DNA of 58,475 nucleotides from Octopus sinensis (GCF_006345805.1 NW_021835380.1:1-58475); one strand, 5' to 3'; counted from the first letter of the stretch, positions 12,097-24,382 are shown. Program-made: numbers and translations. Notes: generated by a model not told the origin, from the letters alone.

Positions 12097-13164
12097 AAGA
12101 CACGTGTGTAAGCAACAAACAGGTGTGTTAGTTTAACACTCGGGAAGGTGAGAGTTCTACGTTTCGAGCCTACGCTCTTTAACAGAAAGGAACACAAGAA
12201 AATAAACAGAGAGGGAATAAAAATATATATATACATCTCCATTTTATGAATTTTAATTTATATATATATATATATAAAATACAAAATGGGACAAGACCGC
12301 TAAACATCCAAATAGACGATACAAAAAACAAGGACGGGTCATTCGAAGCCTTTAATCTTTAGTCAAGAACCGGATAATCCTCGCAATTTCGGCTGATAAA
12401 TCTTGAGATTGTTCCAATCTGGTCAGCCCCAAAGAAAAACTAAGCTAAGAGCATTAGATTCCTTGGAAAAAGTATCGAATGTGTACGAAACAAGGACAGA
12501 AAAACGGACGATGTTACACGAATATAAATGCAAAAAAAAAAATACGAATACATACATATATATATATATACATACATAGACACTCACATTTATATCATCC
12601 ACTCTTACCGTGCTCTCTACATATTCTGATTGAGTCTTCCGTGTATTAACATGTTCCTCTTTGCTTCAATGTAAACTTACATTTAATCAAGATTCCCTTG
12701 GCTTGACGAATAGTTTGAGATATACTCTTCGCTTGGATATTTACCATTTGCACGGTTCCCCTAGCTATGAAACATACATGGCCTGGGTCTTATCTATTCC
12801 ATTCCTCAACTCTTATATTCTTATTCGCATACCAGGTAACCCTGGTTGTCTACCGTGAAATATAAAATTAAAATTTTTGGCTTATCATACATCGATACGA
12901 AAAAATATGCAATCTTCCTCTTCAAAAAACCACCACTGTTCCTGGAAATTGTTTTTTACATTCACTACGGATTGCTTGAAGCTAACTTTCTTTCTACACC
13001 TCACTCCTTGGATCTTACATTTATATATATATTTTTATTCTCTCCCTATTTTTATTTTCTCGTGTTTCTTTTTGTTGAAGAACATAGGCTCGAAACGTAA
13101 AAGACTTTCTCACCTTCCAGTGCATTAAACTAACGCACCTGTTTGTTGTCTACACACATGTCTT
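12097..13164. repeat. Inverted pair of pseudo-LTR-like segments (12097-12232 / 13022-13164) with a degenerate hammerhead-like motif
   Basis: Arms are reverse complements; both carry (C/T)TGTT(G/A)AAGA.C.TAGGCTCGAAACGTA; a third partial copy is at 32224-32320. Confidence 0.75.
12278..12520. repeat. Dispersed ~245 bp repeat, copy 1 (unclassified, starts at a TA tract)
   Basis: Direct diverged match to 13655-13898 (AAACATCC..ATAGACGATACAAA..CCTCGCAATTTCGGCTGAT..AAGCTAAGAGCATTAGATT). Confidence 0.85.
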
Positions 13165-13654
13165 CGAGAGCAAAGTGTACGTACGCCGTTATATATATAT
13201 ATATATATATATATACAAATTAGTAAATAAATGGCACAACTAAGTACCGATATTTACTGGAAATAGCGAACGACGTAAATACGACGCTAATGTGTAGCTT
13301 CACCGCGTATGTATTAGCAAAAATGCGTGTGTGCAACAAAATAGAGAAAAAAAATCGTCTTACCTCCAGGGAGAACATCTGAAAGATGAAACACCCGGAA
13401 AATGGATATGTGGTACCACCTGCAGGTTTTGGTTTTGCAATATCTGTCTCTCACCCCTATTTGCTTTACCTTCTTCAGCCAAACATATACCAAGACGAAA
13501 TCTACGATGTTACCACATTAATACTAACACACTCGACTGAAATACGGAACGCTAACAGTACGAGAAACGGTGAAGAAGTTTCAAAATATCAGTAATGCAA
13601 TACAAAGTATTGCCTTCCAGTAAAAAGTAGCCCGTATATATATATATATATACA

Positions 13655-13898
13655 AAATACAAAAAGGAACAACAAAACATCCAGATAGACGATACAAAGA
13701 AAACAAGGACGGGTCGTTCGAAGTTTTCTTTCTTCAGTCAAGCACCAGATTATCCTCGCAATTTCGGCTGATTATTCTTGAGATTGCTCCAATCTGGCCA
13801 GCCCCAAGGAAAAATCTAAGCTAAGAGCATTAGATTTCTTGGAAGAAAGCAGTGAATGTATACGAAACCAAGGACGGAAAAACGGACAAAGTTACACC
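13655..13898. repeat. Dispersed ~245 bp repeat, copy 2
   Basis: Direct diverged match to 12278-12520; also begins right after a (TA)n run. Confidence 0.85.
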
Positions 13899-13903
13899 TT
13901 CCA

Positions 13904-13947
<44 letters not shown>

Positions 13948-13966
13948 TCGTGATGTGCAAACACAA

Positions 13967-14129
13967 GGCCCAGGCGCGGCTGTATGGTAAGAAGCTTGCT
14001 TCCCAAACATGGTTGCGAGTTCAGTCCTACTGCGTGAAACCTTGGGCAAGTATCTTCTGCTATAGACTCGAGCTGACCAAAAACTTGTGAGTAGATTTGG
14101 TAGACGGAAACTGAAAGAAGCCCGTAGTG

Positions 14130-14163
<34 letters not shown>

Positions 14164-14462
14164 TGTATGTGTGTGTGTGTGCGTGTGTGTATGTGTGTAT
14201 GCGTGTGTCTGTGTGTAAATAATATATATATATGTGTATATATGTATATGTTTGTATGATTGTGTTCATCTCCCCAACATCGTTTGACAACCGATGTTGA
14301 TGTGTTTAAATCCCCGTAACCTAGCGGTTCGGCAAAAGAGACCGATAGAATAACTACTAAACTTACAAAGAATAAGTCCTGAGGTCGATTTTCTTCGACT
14401 AAAGGCGGTGCTCCAGCATGGCCGCAGTCAAATGACTGAAGAACATAAAAGAATAAGAGAAT
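13967..14462 (+). mobile_element. SINE family B (CORE-like, internal microsatellite), full length
   Basis: tRNA-like head, CORE-like ACCTTGGGCAAG, internal (TG)/(TA)n, tail GGCGGTGCTCCAGCATGGCCGCAGTCAAATGACTGAA. Confidence 0.9.
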
Positions 14463-14748
14463 AGAAGAATACAAAAACAAGATGTCAAATACAAACACAA
14501 CACAGTACGTCACATACACCTCCCCCACACACACATGTTACCCAAGCCGTTTCTGGTGATAGGACTGTCCTTTCGAAATTTGTAATTAATCCGTATTTAC
14601 ACTCTAGTTAAATATTTCACAATGCGAAAGAAACCCTTCTCCCCTGAAACACAATACTGACATATTTCCACACCCTTTTTAGGGGGTCTTTATTTTTGGT
14701 ATTGTTTTCTTTCAGTCGTATGCATGTCTGTCTATGTATACACACATA

Positions 14749-14814
<66 letters not shown>

Positions 14815-14903
14815 ACAGTTATATGCGTGTATATGCGTATATGTACACAGACGCAAACAGAAACAGGCATGAGGATATATATATGTGTGTGTATGTATGT
14901 ATG

Positions 14904-14941
<38 letters not shown>

Positions 14942-15505
14942 GCATGTATGTATGTATGTAGATATGTATGTATATATGTATATGTATTTATATATATACA
15001 TCTATATTTTAAAGACATACATACCTAATTATGCATATGCATGTGTATGCATGCAAATGGGTGTATATGGATACGTATATGTGTATATATATATATATAC
15101 ATATATATGTATGTATCTATGTGTGCATATGTATATATATATATGTATATATATAATATATATATGTGTGTGTGTGTATGTAAACACACATGCTTGTATG
15201 TTTGTATAGAAATATGTTTAGAGAATCATATGTCGGCAGGAATAGAAACCGAAATAGAAGTGTGTATACAATTCATATACATTCATACATACATACGTAT
15301 AGATATATATATATATATACATATACAAACTAGCATGTGGACGAATATATGTGCAAGCATGCATGTTCATACCAAATATAGAGAAAATTACACATATACG
15401 CACACATATGTATATGTGCATTTATACACATATATGTATGTATGTTTGTATCTATCTATATATACATATAATATATAATATATATATTATTATATATATA
15501 TATAT

Positions 15506-15569
<64 letters not shown>

Positions 15570-15580
15570 ATATATATGTA

Positions 15581-15630
<50 letters not shown>

Positions 15631-15927
15631 TATATATATGTATATGTATGTATATGTATGTATATGTATATTTACTACTCATATACACAGCTTATGCATA
15701 TAAGTACGCACGTGGTTTGCGCGCGTGTTTGCGTTTGTGTGTTTGTGCGTGTGCGCGCATACCTGCGTGGGAGTTGGCCGAGGTTGTATACATATGCGTG
15801 ACTGCGCAGAGAGAGAGAGAAAAAAATATGTATACGCGTGCATTTACTTAGCAAAATATATAAAGCAAGTAAAAACGACATGAGTAAACAAAGGCAATCA
15901 CGATTTCCTGTTAGTACACATCCTTAG

Positions 15928-15959
<32 letters not shown>

Positions 15960-16216
15960 CACACACACACAAACACACATACACACGCACAGTTCATCTG
16001 AAATTTCCCATTCATAACTGGACGCCCACGCATTGTTTTCATGCATTTTCATCTTTAAGACGTGGCTTTCTTTTTTTTTATAGCTTTCTTGTTGCTTTTA
16101 CATGTATCGAATTGAGCGAGCGATAGGCCGGGGGTCGCAAATGCGTACAAACGAAACAGCTACATGTGCACTTGTACGCGTATGCTTGTGTGTGTATATA
16201 TGTGTGTGCATACAAA

Positions 16217-16259
<43 letters not shown>

Positions 16260-16761
16260 CAAAAGAAAAACAGGATGCAAAGGATTTAGCGGTACATATG
16301 TTTCTGCTTATTGACAATTTATATCATGCATAATTGATGTAACATGTATGTCAATAGCCTTCTTCAGCCGCGCACAATTACCACACCAAGACATGTATTA
16401 CATTATAGCAGTTTGAGAAGAAGTTTTGGAAAAAGACGAGTTTCGTTGGGGATGCAAATCCTCATAGTCGTATATAGCAAAGCGAGATACCAAAACAAAA
16501 CGTCCATATCGTCCATAACGTCCATAATTATTCCAAATTAATTAATTTCACCCTTCATTATTACGGATAACCATATTTTATTTCATAGATGACCACAGCA
16601 TCTTGTTTTGGCTACACGCGGGTGGGAAGGGACTGGTGACACAATCTTTTCATTCACACTTTGAATTTAGTGATACTAGTTGCGGATTCTGCTCGCTCTG
16701 ATACTGAGTTGAGTGGTGCCTTCTAGTATCTCAAAATCAATATATAATCATTTATGATTAT

Positions 16762-16870
16762 AGTATTCTACGCTGAAGAGAAAAGAAGTTTTGGTAAGGT
16801 AGAATTATTTAATATTTAATTCTTATGCTTTCCTAAAAACTTGATTTCGAAACGTGCGTCCGTAGATACT
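16762..16870 (+). ncRNA. Type I hammerhead ribozyme, canonical core
   Basis: CTACG-CTGAAGA-[long stem II: GAAA/TTTC, AAGTTTT/AAAACTT, AGAATTA/TAATTCT]-GAAA-C-GTGC-G-TC-CGTAG; GUC cleavage triplet at 16858-16860. Confidence 0.85.
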
Positions 16871-17050
16871 TAAAATTGTATGATAGATTGCCGTCAATTC
16901 ATTCTCTCTTACCTGTTTGTGTCTGCCTTCCAATTGCTGTTTTTACTGAGATCTCCCTTTTTAGTAGAAGAAATGGCTATAACTCTTTGACTGCTATTTC
17001 TAAATTCGGTATGTGGTAAGGCAATTCGTTGCTAAACCCTTTATTGCTTA

Positions 17051-17087
<37 letters not shown>

Positions 17088-17160
17088 GGGAGTATAACTC
17101 CAAACTTACAGTGAAAAATTCCAATTAGTATTAAATCAATTTTACAATATGAATATGTAA

Positions 17161-17476
17161 AATATAAATAGAGATAAAACCACTATTATGCAACTCAAAC
17201 ATGGTAGACATAAACCAATACATAAATAACAATATTATATATTTCTATAAAACATAACATAACTAGATCTCAGATCATATATATTTTTATAAAACATACA
17301 ACTTATAACTAGCTCTCAGATCTAGTTATAAGTTATATGTTTTATAAAAATATATATGATCTGAGATCTAGTTATGTTATGTTTTATAGAAATATATAAT
17401 ATTTGTTATTTATGTATTGGTTTATGTCTACCAATGTTTGAGTTGCATAATAGTGGTGTTATCTCTAATTTATATT
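17161..17476. repeat. Near-perfect ~315 bp palindrome (arms ~150 bp, loop ~9 nt)
   Basis: 17161-17312 is the reverse complement of 17322-17476 with few mismatches; lies between (TA)n tracts. Confidence 0.95.
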
Positions 17477-17497
17477 ATATATATATATTTGCATATG

Positions 17498-17765
17498 CGT
17501 TTCAATCCAAAGGTTGTGTCCATGCGGCAACACCAGTATTATTACCTTTTCGATGTCCATTCTCATGTGATTGGCTGCTGTGCTTTGATGTTCATCTGGG
17601 GTCTTGGACAACAGAAGGTGAAGTTGTTTCTTGAAGATCTCTACTCCAACTTCATGTAGATCTCCCAGCTATATTGTTCAAAATATTAGATCACTCTGGG
17701 CCTTTTGATCCCAAGCTATTGCTGTACCTGGTCTTTACTAACGAAGACATGGGTAGAACCAACAT
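17498..17765 (-). mobile_element. CR1/L2-like LINE 3' fragment, older copy of the 6485 family
   Basis: Minus strand reads KTRYSNSLGSKGP..LHEVGVEIFKKQLHLLLSKTPDE, then tail GCATGGACACAACCTTTGGATTGAAAC. Confidence 0.7.
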
Positions 17766-17814
17766 TTTTTTCTGCAAATCACTTCTTTAACTTTCTAAGA
17801 CATCTGAATGCTTC

Positions 17815-18046
17815 TTATTTCTTTATTTCCCCCAGGGGGGCTAAACATAGAGAGAACAAACAAGGACAGACAAAGGTTTAAGTCGATTACATCGACCCCA
17901 GTGCGTAACTGGTATTTCATTTATCGCCCCCGAAAGGATGAAAGGCAAAGTCGACCTCGGCAGAATTTGAACCCAGAACGTAACGGCCGACGAAATGCCG
18001 CTAAGCATTTCACCCGGCGCGCTAACGTTTCTGCCAGCTCGCCGCC
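17815..18046 (-). mobile_element. SINE family A, full length, with TSD
   Basis: Family-A sequence; TSD AAGACATCT(G/C)AATGCTTC at 17797 and 18053. Confidence 0.92.
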
Positions 18047-18411
18047 ATTGAGAAGACATCTCAATGCTTCTAAAGCAAACTTCGTTCGTTTGCTTATTTT
18101 CATCATAATTTGAATTACTTACGTATACAAATATTTATAAATATAAGTAAGTAAATGTGGTGTATGAGTATACAGAAGTATTTTTGTAGGAGATATTTCT
18201 TCACCAAATCAATTGCACTTCAAATTCGATTCTCCGCTGAAGCTATAAAGTGTTCTTTAGACACTTAACTATGAGACCGCTGCATCTTATAGCAGAAACA
18301 GTTGTAAGCTAAAGGAGTTCATAAGATAATCCTTCATTCCTTTGTCATTCCTCCTTTGTCATATTTCTTCGACCTGAGATCGTAGGGGGTTTCTGAAAAT
18401 TACATAACATA

Positions 18412-18618
18412 GGCGGTGAGCTGGCAGAAACGTTAGCACGCCGGGCGAAATGCGTAGCCGTATTTCGTCCGCCGAGGTCGAATTTGCCTTTCATCCTTTC
18501 GGGGTCGATAAATTAAGTACCAGTTACGCACTGGGGTCGATGCAATCGACCTAATCCCTTTGTCTGTTCTTGTTTGTCCCCTCTGTGTTTAGCCCCTTGT
18601 GGGCAATAATGAAATAAG
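18412..18618 (+). mobile_element. SINE family A with internal deletion of the B-box segment
   Basis: Head and tail match family A; TTTCGTCCGCCGAGGTCG joins across the missing GTTCTGAGTTCAAATT. Confidence 0.88.
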
Positions 18619-18913
18619 AATCGTTAGCACGCTGGACAAAATGTTTAGCGAGATTTCGTCCATATTTGCGGGTGTTTTTCTGGGACACGAATATATTGAC
18701 CCACTCCAGCCCAGACATCAACCCTATGGACTTCGTTATTTGTTCGATTCTAGAAAGTGTGTATGAGTATACAGAAGTATTTTCGTAGGAGATATTTTTT
18801 CCCAAAATAAATTTAATAAGATAATGATTCATTCTTTTGTCATTCTTCCTCGGAGATATTTCTTCGACCTGGGATCGTAGAGAGTTTCTTGTTTAGCGAC
18901 ATTTCGTCCTTAT

Positions 18914-19165
18914 TTGCGGGCGTGTTTCTGGGACAAGAATATGTTGCCCCACTCCAGCCAAGACACCAACCCTAAGGACTTCGTTATTCGTTCCATTCTA
19001 GAAAGTGACGTTTCAAGAGTTTCTTACAAAAACATAACCGCTCTGAAGAAAGCCGTCCCTGCGTCATGGGATCGTTTAAGTGAAGAAGTTGTCCAGTGTT
19101 CGTGTGACTCTACTCTCGGCCATCTTCGGGCGATTGTGAAGACCAAAGGCGGATATATTGAATGA
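18914..19165 (+). pseudogene. Tc1/mariner (DD37D/maT-like) transposase C-terminal remnant; partial duplicate at 18665-18757
   Basis: FWDKNMLPHSSQDTNPKDFVIRSILES..ALKKAV..SWDRL..LRAIVKTKGGYIE* matches the WPPSSPDLNPLDF..W..L.A.I.AKGG.IE pattern. Confidence 0.8.
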
Positions 19166-19220
19166 AACATATCTTAATATGTTATATGACTACATCTGAT
19201 TAAATTCTATATATGCCCCA

Positions 19221-19460
19221 CCGACTTTGTTTCCTCATAGGTTTCAGAAAAATGAACATTTTTAAACGAAATTTTATATAGATATGCTTCATATTGTCTA
19301 GATTCTGACCATATCAGAGTTTGTTTTGGTGCTAACCCACCAATTTTTATTTTCGTGTTAAATTCCGACATTATCGTAATCTACACACTCTGAAGGATGT
19401 TTGTCAGAATTTTCATTTAAAAATACCAATTTCTCAGAAACCTATGAGGAAACAAAGCCG
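19221..19460. mobile_element. MITE-like segment with ~30 bp inverted ends
   Basis: CGACTTTGTTTCCTCATAGGTTTC ... GAAACCTATGAGGAAACAAAGCCG. Confidence 0.65.
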
Positions 19461-21031
19461 ATCCAGGTGAATTTTCTGAATCTCCTCTTTCCTCTTCCTC
19501 GAAAATATTTTTTCATCTCAAATTCAGATATAATCGGAAGCAATTTCAGGCCTTGTTCCTATAGTAGAAAGGATTATTAAGAATTGTTTAATTAGTTTTT
19601 ACATTGCAGGAGTATAACCAGTTTATTGCGTATAACTTTTTGCAACAAAATCTTAAATGACCCAATCAAGCGCCATATGAACACCGCGAGGGCCATATTG
19701 ACCCCCAGTTGAGAAACACTGCTTTAATCCTTTAGGGGGCGATAAAATAAGTACCATTCAAGTAATGGGGTTGATGTATTCGTCTCTTCATTCCTAACAA
19801 TAAATAAATAAATGTGCTTGCATTGTGCTAAAATTGGGAAGAATTATTTTTATTGTTGTTGTTGTTGTTGCTGTTGTTGTTGTTTCATTGAGAGTTTGGT
19901 AAGAACGATAAGAGGAGTTAAACTTTTCTACATCCAGCCATAAACACTCAGCCCCCTAAAACAGCTAGCTCAGAACAAACCAACTGACAAACCAGCCAGC
20001 CATCCAGCCATCCATCCGTCCGTCGCCCGTCTCTTCTCGTTTACATCCAGCTAGACACACCCACGCTCGGCACCACCAAGACCGACCGACGCCACCACCA
20101 TCACCACCAACAACAAGAGCAGTACCACCACCACCACCACCACCACCACCACCACGAACACAGGCACAAGAACATAAAACGAGTGATAAATGGAGTCGCC
20201 ATTCATCAAAGGCTTTGGCATGTGGCCCTGGAAATATTTCTGTAACTGCAGCATCAAGTCTGCTACGCATGCTATGCAATGTATATGCGCACTTTAGCTA
20301 TTTCCGGTCGGAATTCTTTCATTTCTGTTATGAAGACAATGAGTACTACCCCGCCCCGTCCCGTCCCGACCCTGCCCTCCACGTCCTCGTCTTCCTTAAG
20401 CTGTGTTCATCGCCCACGTAAAGAGCAGCTTTACAATACGACATATAAGTGTATGTTAATATTTCTGTTATAAGTCTCCTGTAGGATTTCAATTTGGCAG
20501 CCTCGCTTTCTTTAACATTGTTTGACATGGATTTCAGTTGGCAAATCGTTGCGGTGTTTGTGTATGTGCGTGTGTATGTGTGTGAATATATATATATATA
20601 CATACATACAAGCATACATACATATATACAGAGAGAGAGAGATTTATGCATATATATATATATATATTATATATATTATATATATATATACATACATATA
20701 CACATACATATATTCATATATTCTATATATGTATATATAATAATATATATATAAAATATATACATATATATGCTTGTTAAGTCTGTGTGTGTTTAATAAG
20801 CATATGCGTATATGTTACGTGTAAATATTTGTGCATAAGCATGTATGAATGCATGCGTATGTATATGTATATATATATATGTATACATATATCTATATAT
20901 ATATACATATATATACAAATATATACATACATATATATATATATACATATGCATACATGCATACGTATATATATGTGTGTGTCAGTGTGAGTGTGTGTGT
21001 GTATGCATGTATATATACATATGCATGTATA

Positions 21032-21066
<35 letters not shown>

Positions 21067-21329
21067 CACACACATATATATCTATCTATATATACATATG
21101 AATGTGTGTGTGTGTGTGTACAGATATGTTTATATGTATGTAAGTAACTACACAAACACCCCGATTCAAATACCGAGAGAGCGTGAGTACGAATACATTG
21201 TAATGTTACATGCTTTTGTTTCATAAACATGCGTATATATAGATGTGTGTGAGTACATATGTGTACATTTATATATGGATAAACGTATATACATACATAT
21301 ATAAGTAATATACATACACTTACATACAC

Positions 21330-21365
<36 letters not shown>

Positions 21366-21471
21366 ACACACACACACACACACAACACACACACCCACAC
21401 ACATATATATATAATATATATATATATAATATATATATATATACATATACATATACATCATATAAATAATC

Positions 21472-21649
21472 TCAGGCGTGGCTGTGTGGTAAGTAGTTTG
21501 CTTCCTAACAATATGGTTTCGGGTTCAGTCCCACTGCGTGGCATCTTGGGCAAGTGTCTTCTACTATTTTAGCCTCGGGCCGACCAAAGCCTTGTGAGTG
21601 AATCTGGTAGAAGGAAACGGAGAGGAGGCCGTCGTATATATTTATGTAT

Positions 21650-21692
<43 letters not shown>

Positions 21693-21755
21693 CATGTGTG
21701 TGTGGTTGTCCCCCCGACACCGCTTGACAACCGGTGGTATGTTTACGTCCCCGTA
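21472..21755 (+). mobile_element. SINE family B, 3'-truncated
   Basis: Family-B head, CORE-like segment and internal (TG)n; stops at GTTTACGTCCCCGTAA. Confidence 0.88.
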
Positions 21756-21761
21756 AATATA

Positions 21762-22105
21762 TCCAAGCTTCTCTAGCGCTAGTTCCTCAACAGAGGGGAT
21801 TTTGTTCCAACAGGGTTGGCAGGACATCCTCGTCAAGCTCTACAGATCTTCCAGGACGCGGCTCGTCTTTTAGGCTGTAGTTTCCGGCTCGGAATTACTG
21901 GAACTGCCGTTCACATTGGCTTACACTTATTGTCCGATCCCCATACACTGCATTAATATTCCTCGCACTTTCGGTTGCATTGTTGCCTTTACTGAACTCA
22001 TAAAGCAAAAATATGTTAAATATGCTCCTTTGTCACTTCCATTATAGCTTTCAAAAAATAACTATTAAAATTGAACTGCACTCTTCAAACTTTCACTAAG
22101 AATAT
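21762..22105 (-). pseudogene. mariner (DD34D-type) transposase N-terminal HTH remnant with 5' flank
   Basis: ATG at 22042: MEVTKEHI*H..LYEFSKGNNATESARNINAVYGDRTISVSQCERQFQ*FRAGNYSLKDEPRPGRSVELDEDVL..EQNP. Confidence 0.88.
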
Positions 22106-22156
22106 TATATATATATATATATCTATATATATATATATATATATAGTATATAATAT

Positions 22157-22743
22157 TTGTTATATTTCGGATGGTCATATTGCCAGTTTAGCCATAAAAA
22201 CACACGCACTATATATTTGGTGTTATTTTGCTTCAGTGTTATTTATTTTTTACATTAATCTTAATCTTATTTCGGCCAGAGTTCTTTGCGTCACACTAGT
22301 ATTGTTGTTATACATACATACATACATACATACAAGCATATGTAATGATAATAATAAGTGGATGTAAACACTGAACAAAATAAGATAAACAAAACAACAA
22401 AATACAAATTACATGAACGTATATAACAGAAGATACAAATATTACAGCATCGCCCACATACACACTAAATAAACATAGACGCACATAGAGATAAAGAATG
22501 CGCAAATGAAGACATACGATAGAAATACAAAATGGCTGACGGTTAGTAAGGAGAGACACAAATAAGAAAGAAGAAACAAAGGACCACTGATGCGGTCACA
22601 GGAGTGTGACGAAAGAACTCTGGCCGAAATAAGATTAAGATTAATGTAGAAAATAAATACACTGAAGCAAGTAACACCAAATATATAGTGCGTGTGTTTT
22701 TTATTGGCTAAACTGGCAAAATGACCATTCCGAAATATAACAA
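22157..22743. repeat. Fold-back element (arms 22157-22297 / 22603-22743) overlapping a degenerate hammerhead at 22581-22625
   Basis: Arms ~140 bp and highly similar; motif CCA-CTGATGC-G-GTCACA(ggag)TGTGAC-GAAA-GAAC-TC-TGG. Confidence 0.88.
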
Positions 22744-22980
22744 TATCTGTTTCAACACACGACTTCACATAAAAAATCTTGCACAACAAATAATTAAACG
22801 TACTATATATATATATAAGATTTCTTGCCAATATGCATGGAATTTCAACATCAACAGGGTATTTTTGTATTTATATATGTATGTATGGATGTATGGATGG
22901 ATGGATGCATGCATGTATGTATGTATGCATGCATGTATGTATGTATGTATGTATATATGTATGTATGTATGTATGTATGT

Positions 22981-24382
22981 GCAGATTTGTATGTTTTATG
23001 TATGTATTCTCATGCATATAGTTGCATATCTAGACATGCTCATATATAGTTATATGATAAAGTTCTCGAAAGTTTTATAGATTTTTACAGTTCCAGTGAT
23101 GGATTGGATCTGTAGTCTTCGAATTAGCTTTCTCCTTTCTAGTTTTGAGAAGCCTAATTCCTCAAGATTGGTATTTAGGCAGTGTGTTACATATCTCAGG
23201 GCCACAATAGTTAAAGGTATAAACCTGAACTTGTAATCTGGATAGAGTAACTGCAGATTCCTCAATAGTTCAGCGTAGGTGCTCTCTTTTTCACTGATCT
23301 TCAGTTTTATGTTAACATCCGCTGTGCAGCTAATATCCACAACTGTACACAGTTTCTCTTCTCTATCTAAAATCATTTATCAGGTCTGTTGTGCTTACAT
23401 TTTATTGAGATCTTCATTGGGACATTCCATCAATATTCCTTATTATTATGAGTGACTATGACTTCTACCACATTGTAGGTTCATATTTCTTTGTCCCCGG
23501 GATTATCCTTCCGACGGATTTCATTATCGAGTACCCTAGCTACATCATGTCTCAATGGTAGATAATACCGTGATGAAATTTTCGGACAACTGCTTATGAT
23601 GTGGGTGATATCTTCAATGTGAACTCCACAAAGTCTGCGTCAGTTGTTACATTTTGTTGCTTTCCTGCATCTCTATTCCTTTTGTGCATCAGGTACTTGG
23701 TTGATATTTCCTGTTCCCGGATTGCAAACGCATACCCTTCAAAGTGGGAGGTAGTAATCCGGCTATTGGTCCGTCATAAACTGCTTTGATGACTGATGTT
23801 ACTAACTTCATGAGTTTTCTACTAACGTATCCATGCATAGTCTTCTGTTCATACAGGCTCATCCTTTCATCTGATGATACGTTGCGGTTAGAGTCGTGCG
23901 ACTTCTTTGGGCATGTATTCTAGGTTATCAGAGAAAGTGTGTTGCTCAAGGAGCTGCCTTCCACGTCTTATGATGCTATCAGCTTTGTGTATGCAAACTT
24001 GGTTAAGGGATGCACTTCGACGCTCGGTGGTTAAAAGATGAGGCCGAAGGGATATGATGCAACATTCAAAGGCATTTTGGATCGATGTTAAGCCTCTGTC
24101 GCCTTCTTTTCGTTTTATGTAGAAGCGGTCTAAGTCACTGTTTATGTGGAAATTATGTGTGCTTGTTAGTATTTATCGGGTTTTCACATCAATGGCTCGG
24201 ATCTCATCAAGTGTCCAATCAAGCAAACCAAATGTTGGTATGAGTACTGGCACTGCAAACACATGGTGGGCCACTGCTTAATTGAATGCAGAGATTTCTG
24301 ATGTACAAATTTTCTTTATTCGACTGTAATATTCTTTAGTGACACGGGTTTTGTTACAGGTGCCATTGTAAGATATGTTTTC

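Noticed and set aside
12278-13898. Possible LTR retrotransposon (two direct repeats)
   Set aside because: No TG...CA termini, PBS, PPT, TSD or gag/pol remnants between the repeats.
19690-19722. hAT-like TIR CAGTGTTTCTCAAC (similar end at ~57750-57768)
   Set aside because: Only one end is recognisable at each site; no partner TIR or 8 bp TSD found, so not annotated as an element.
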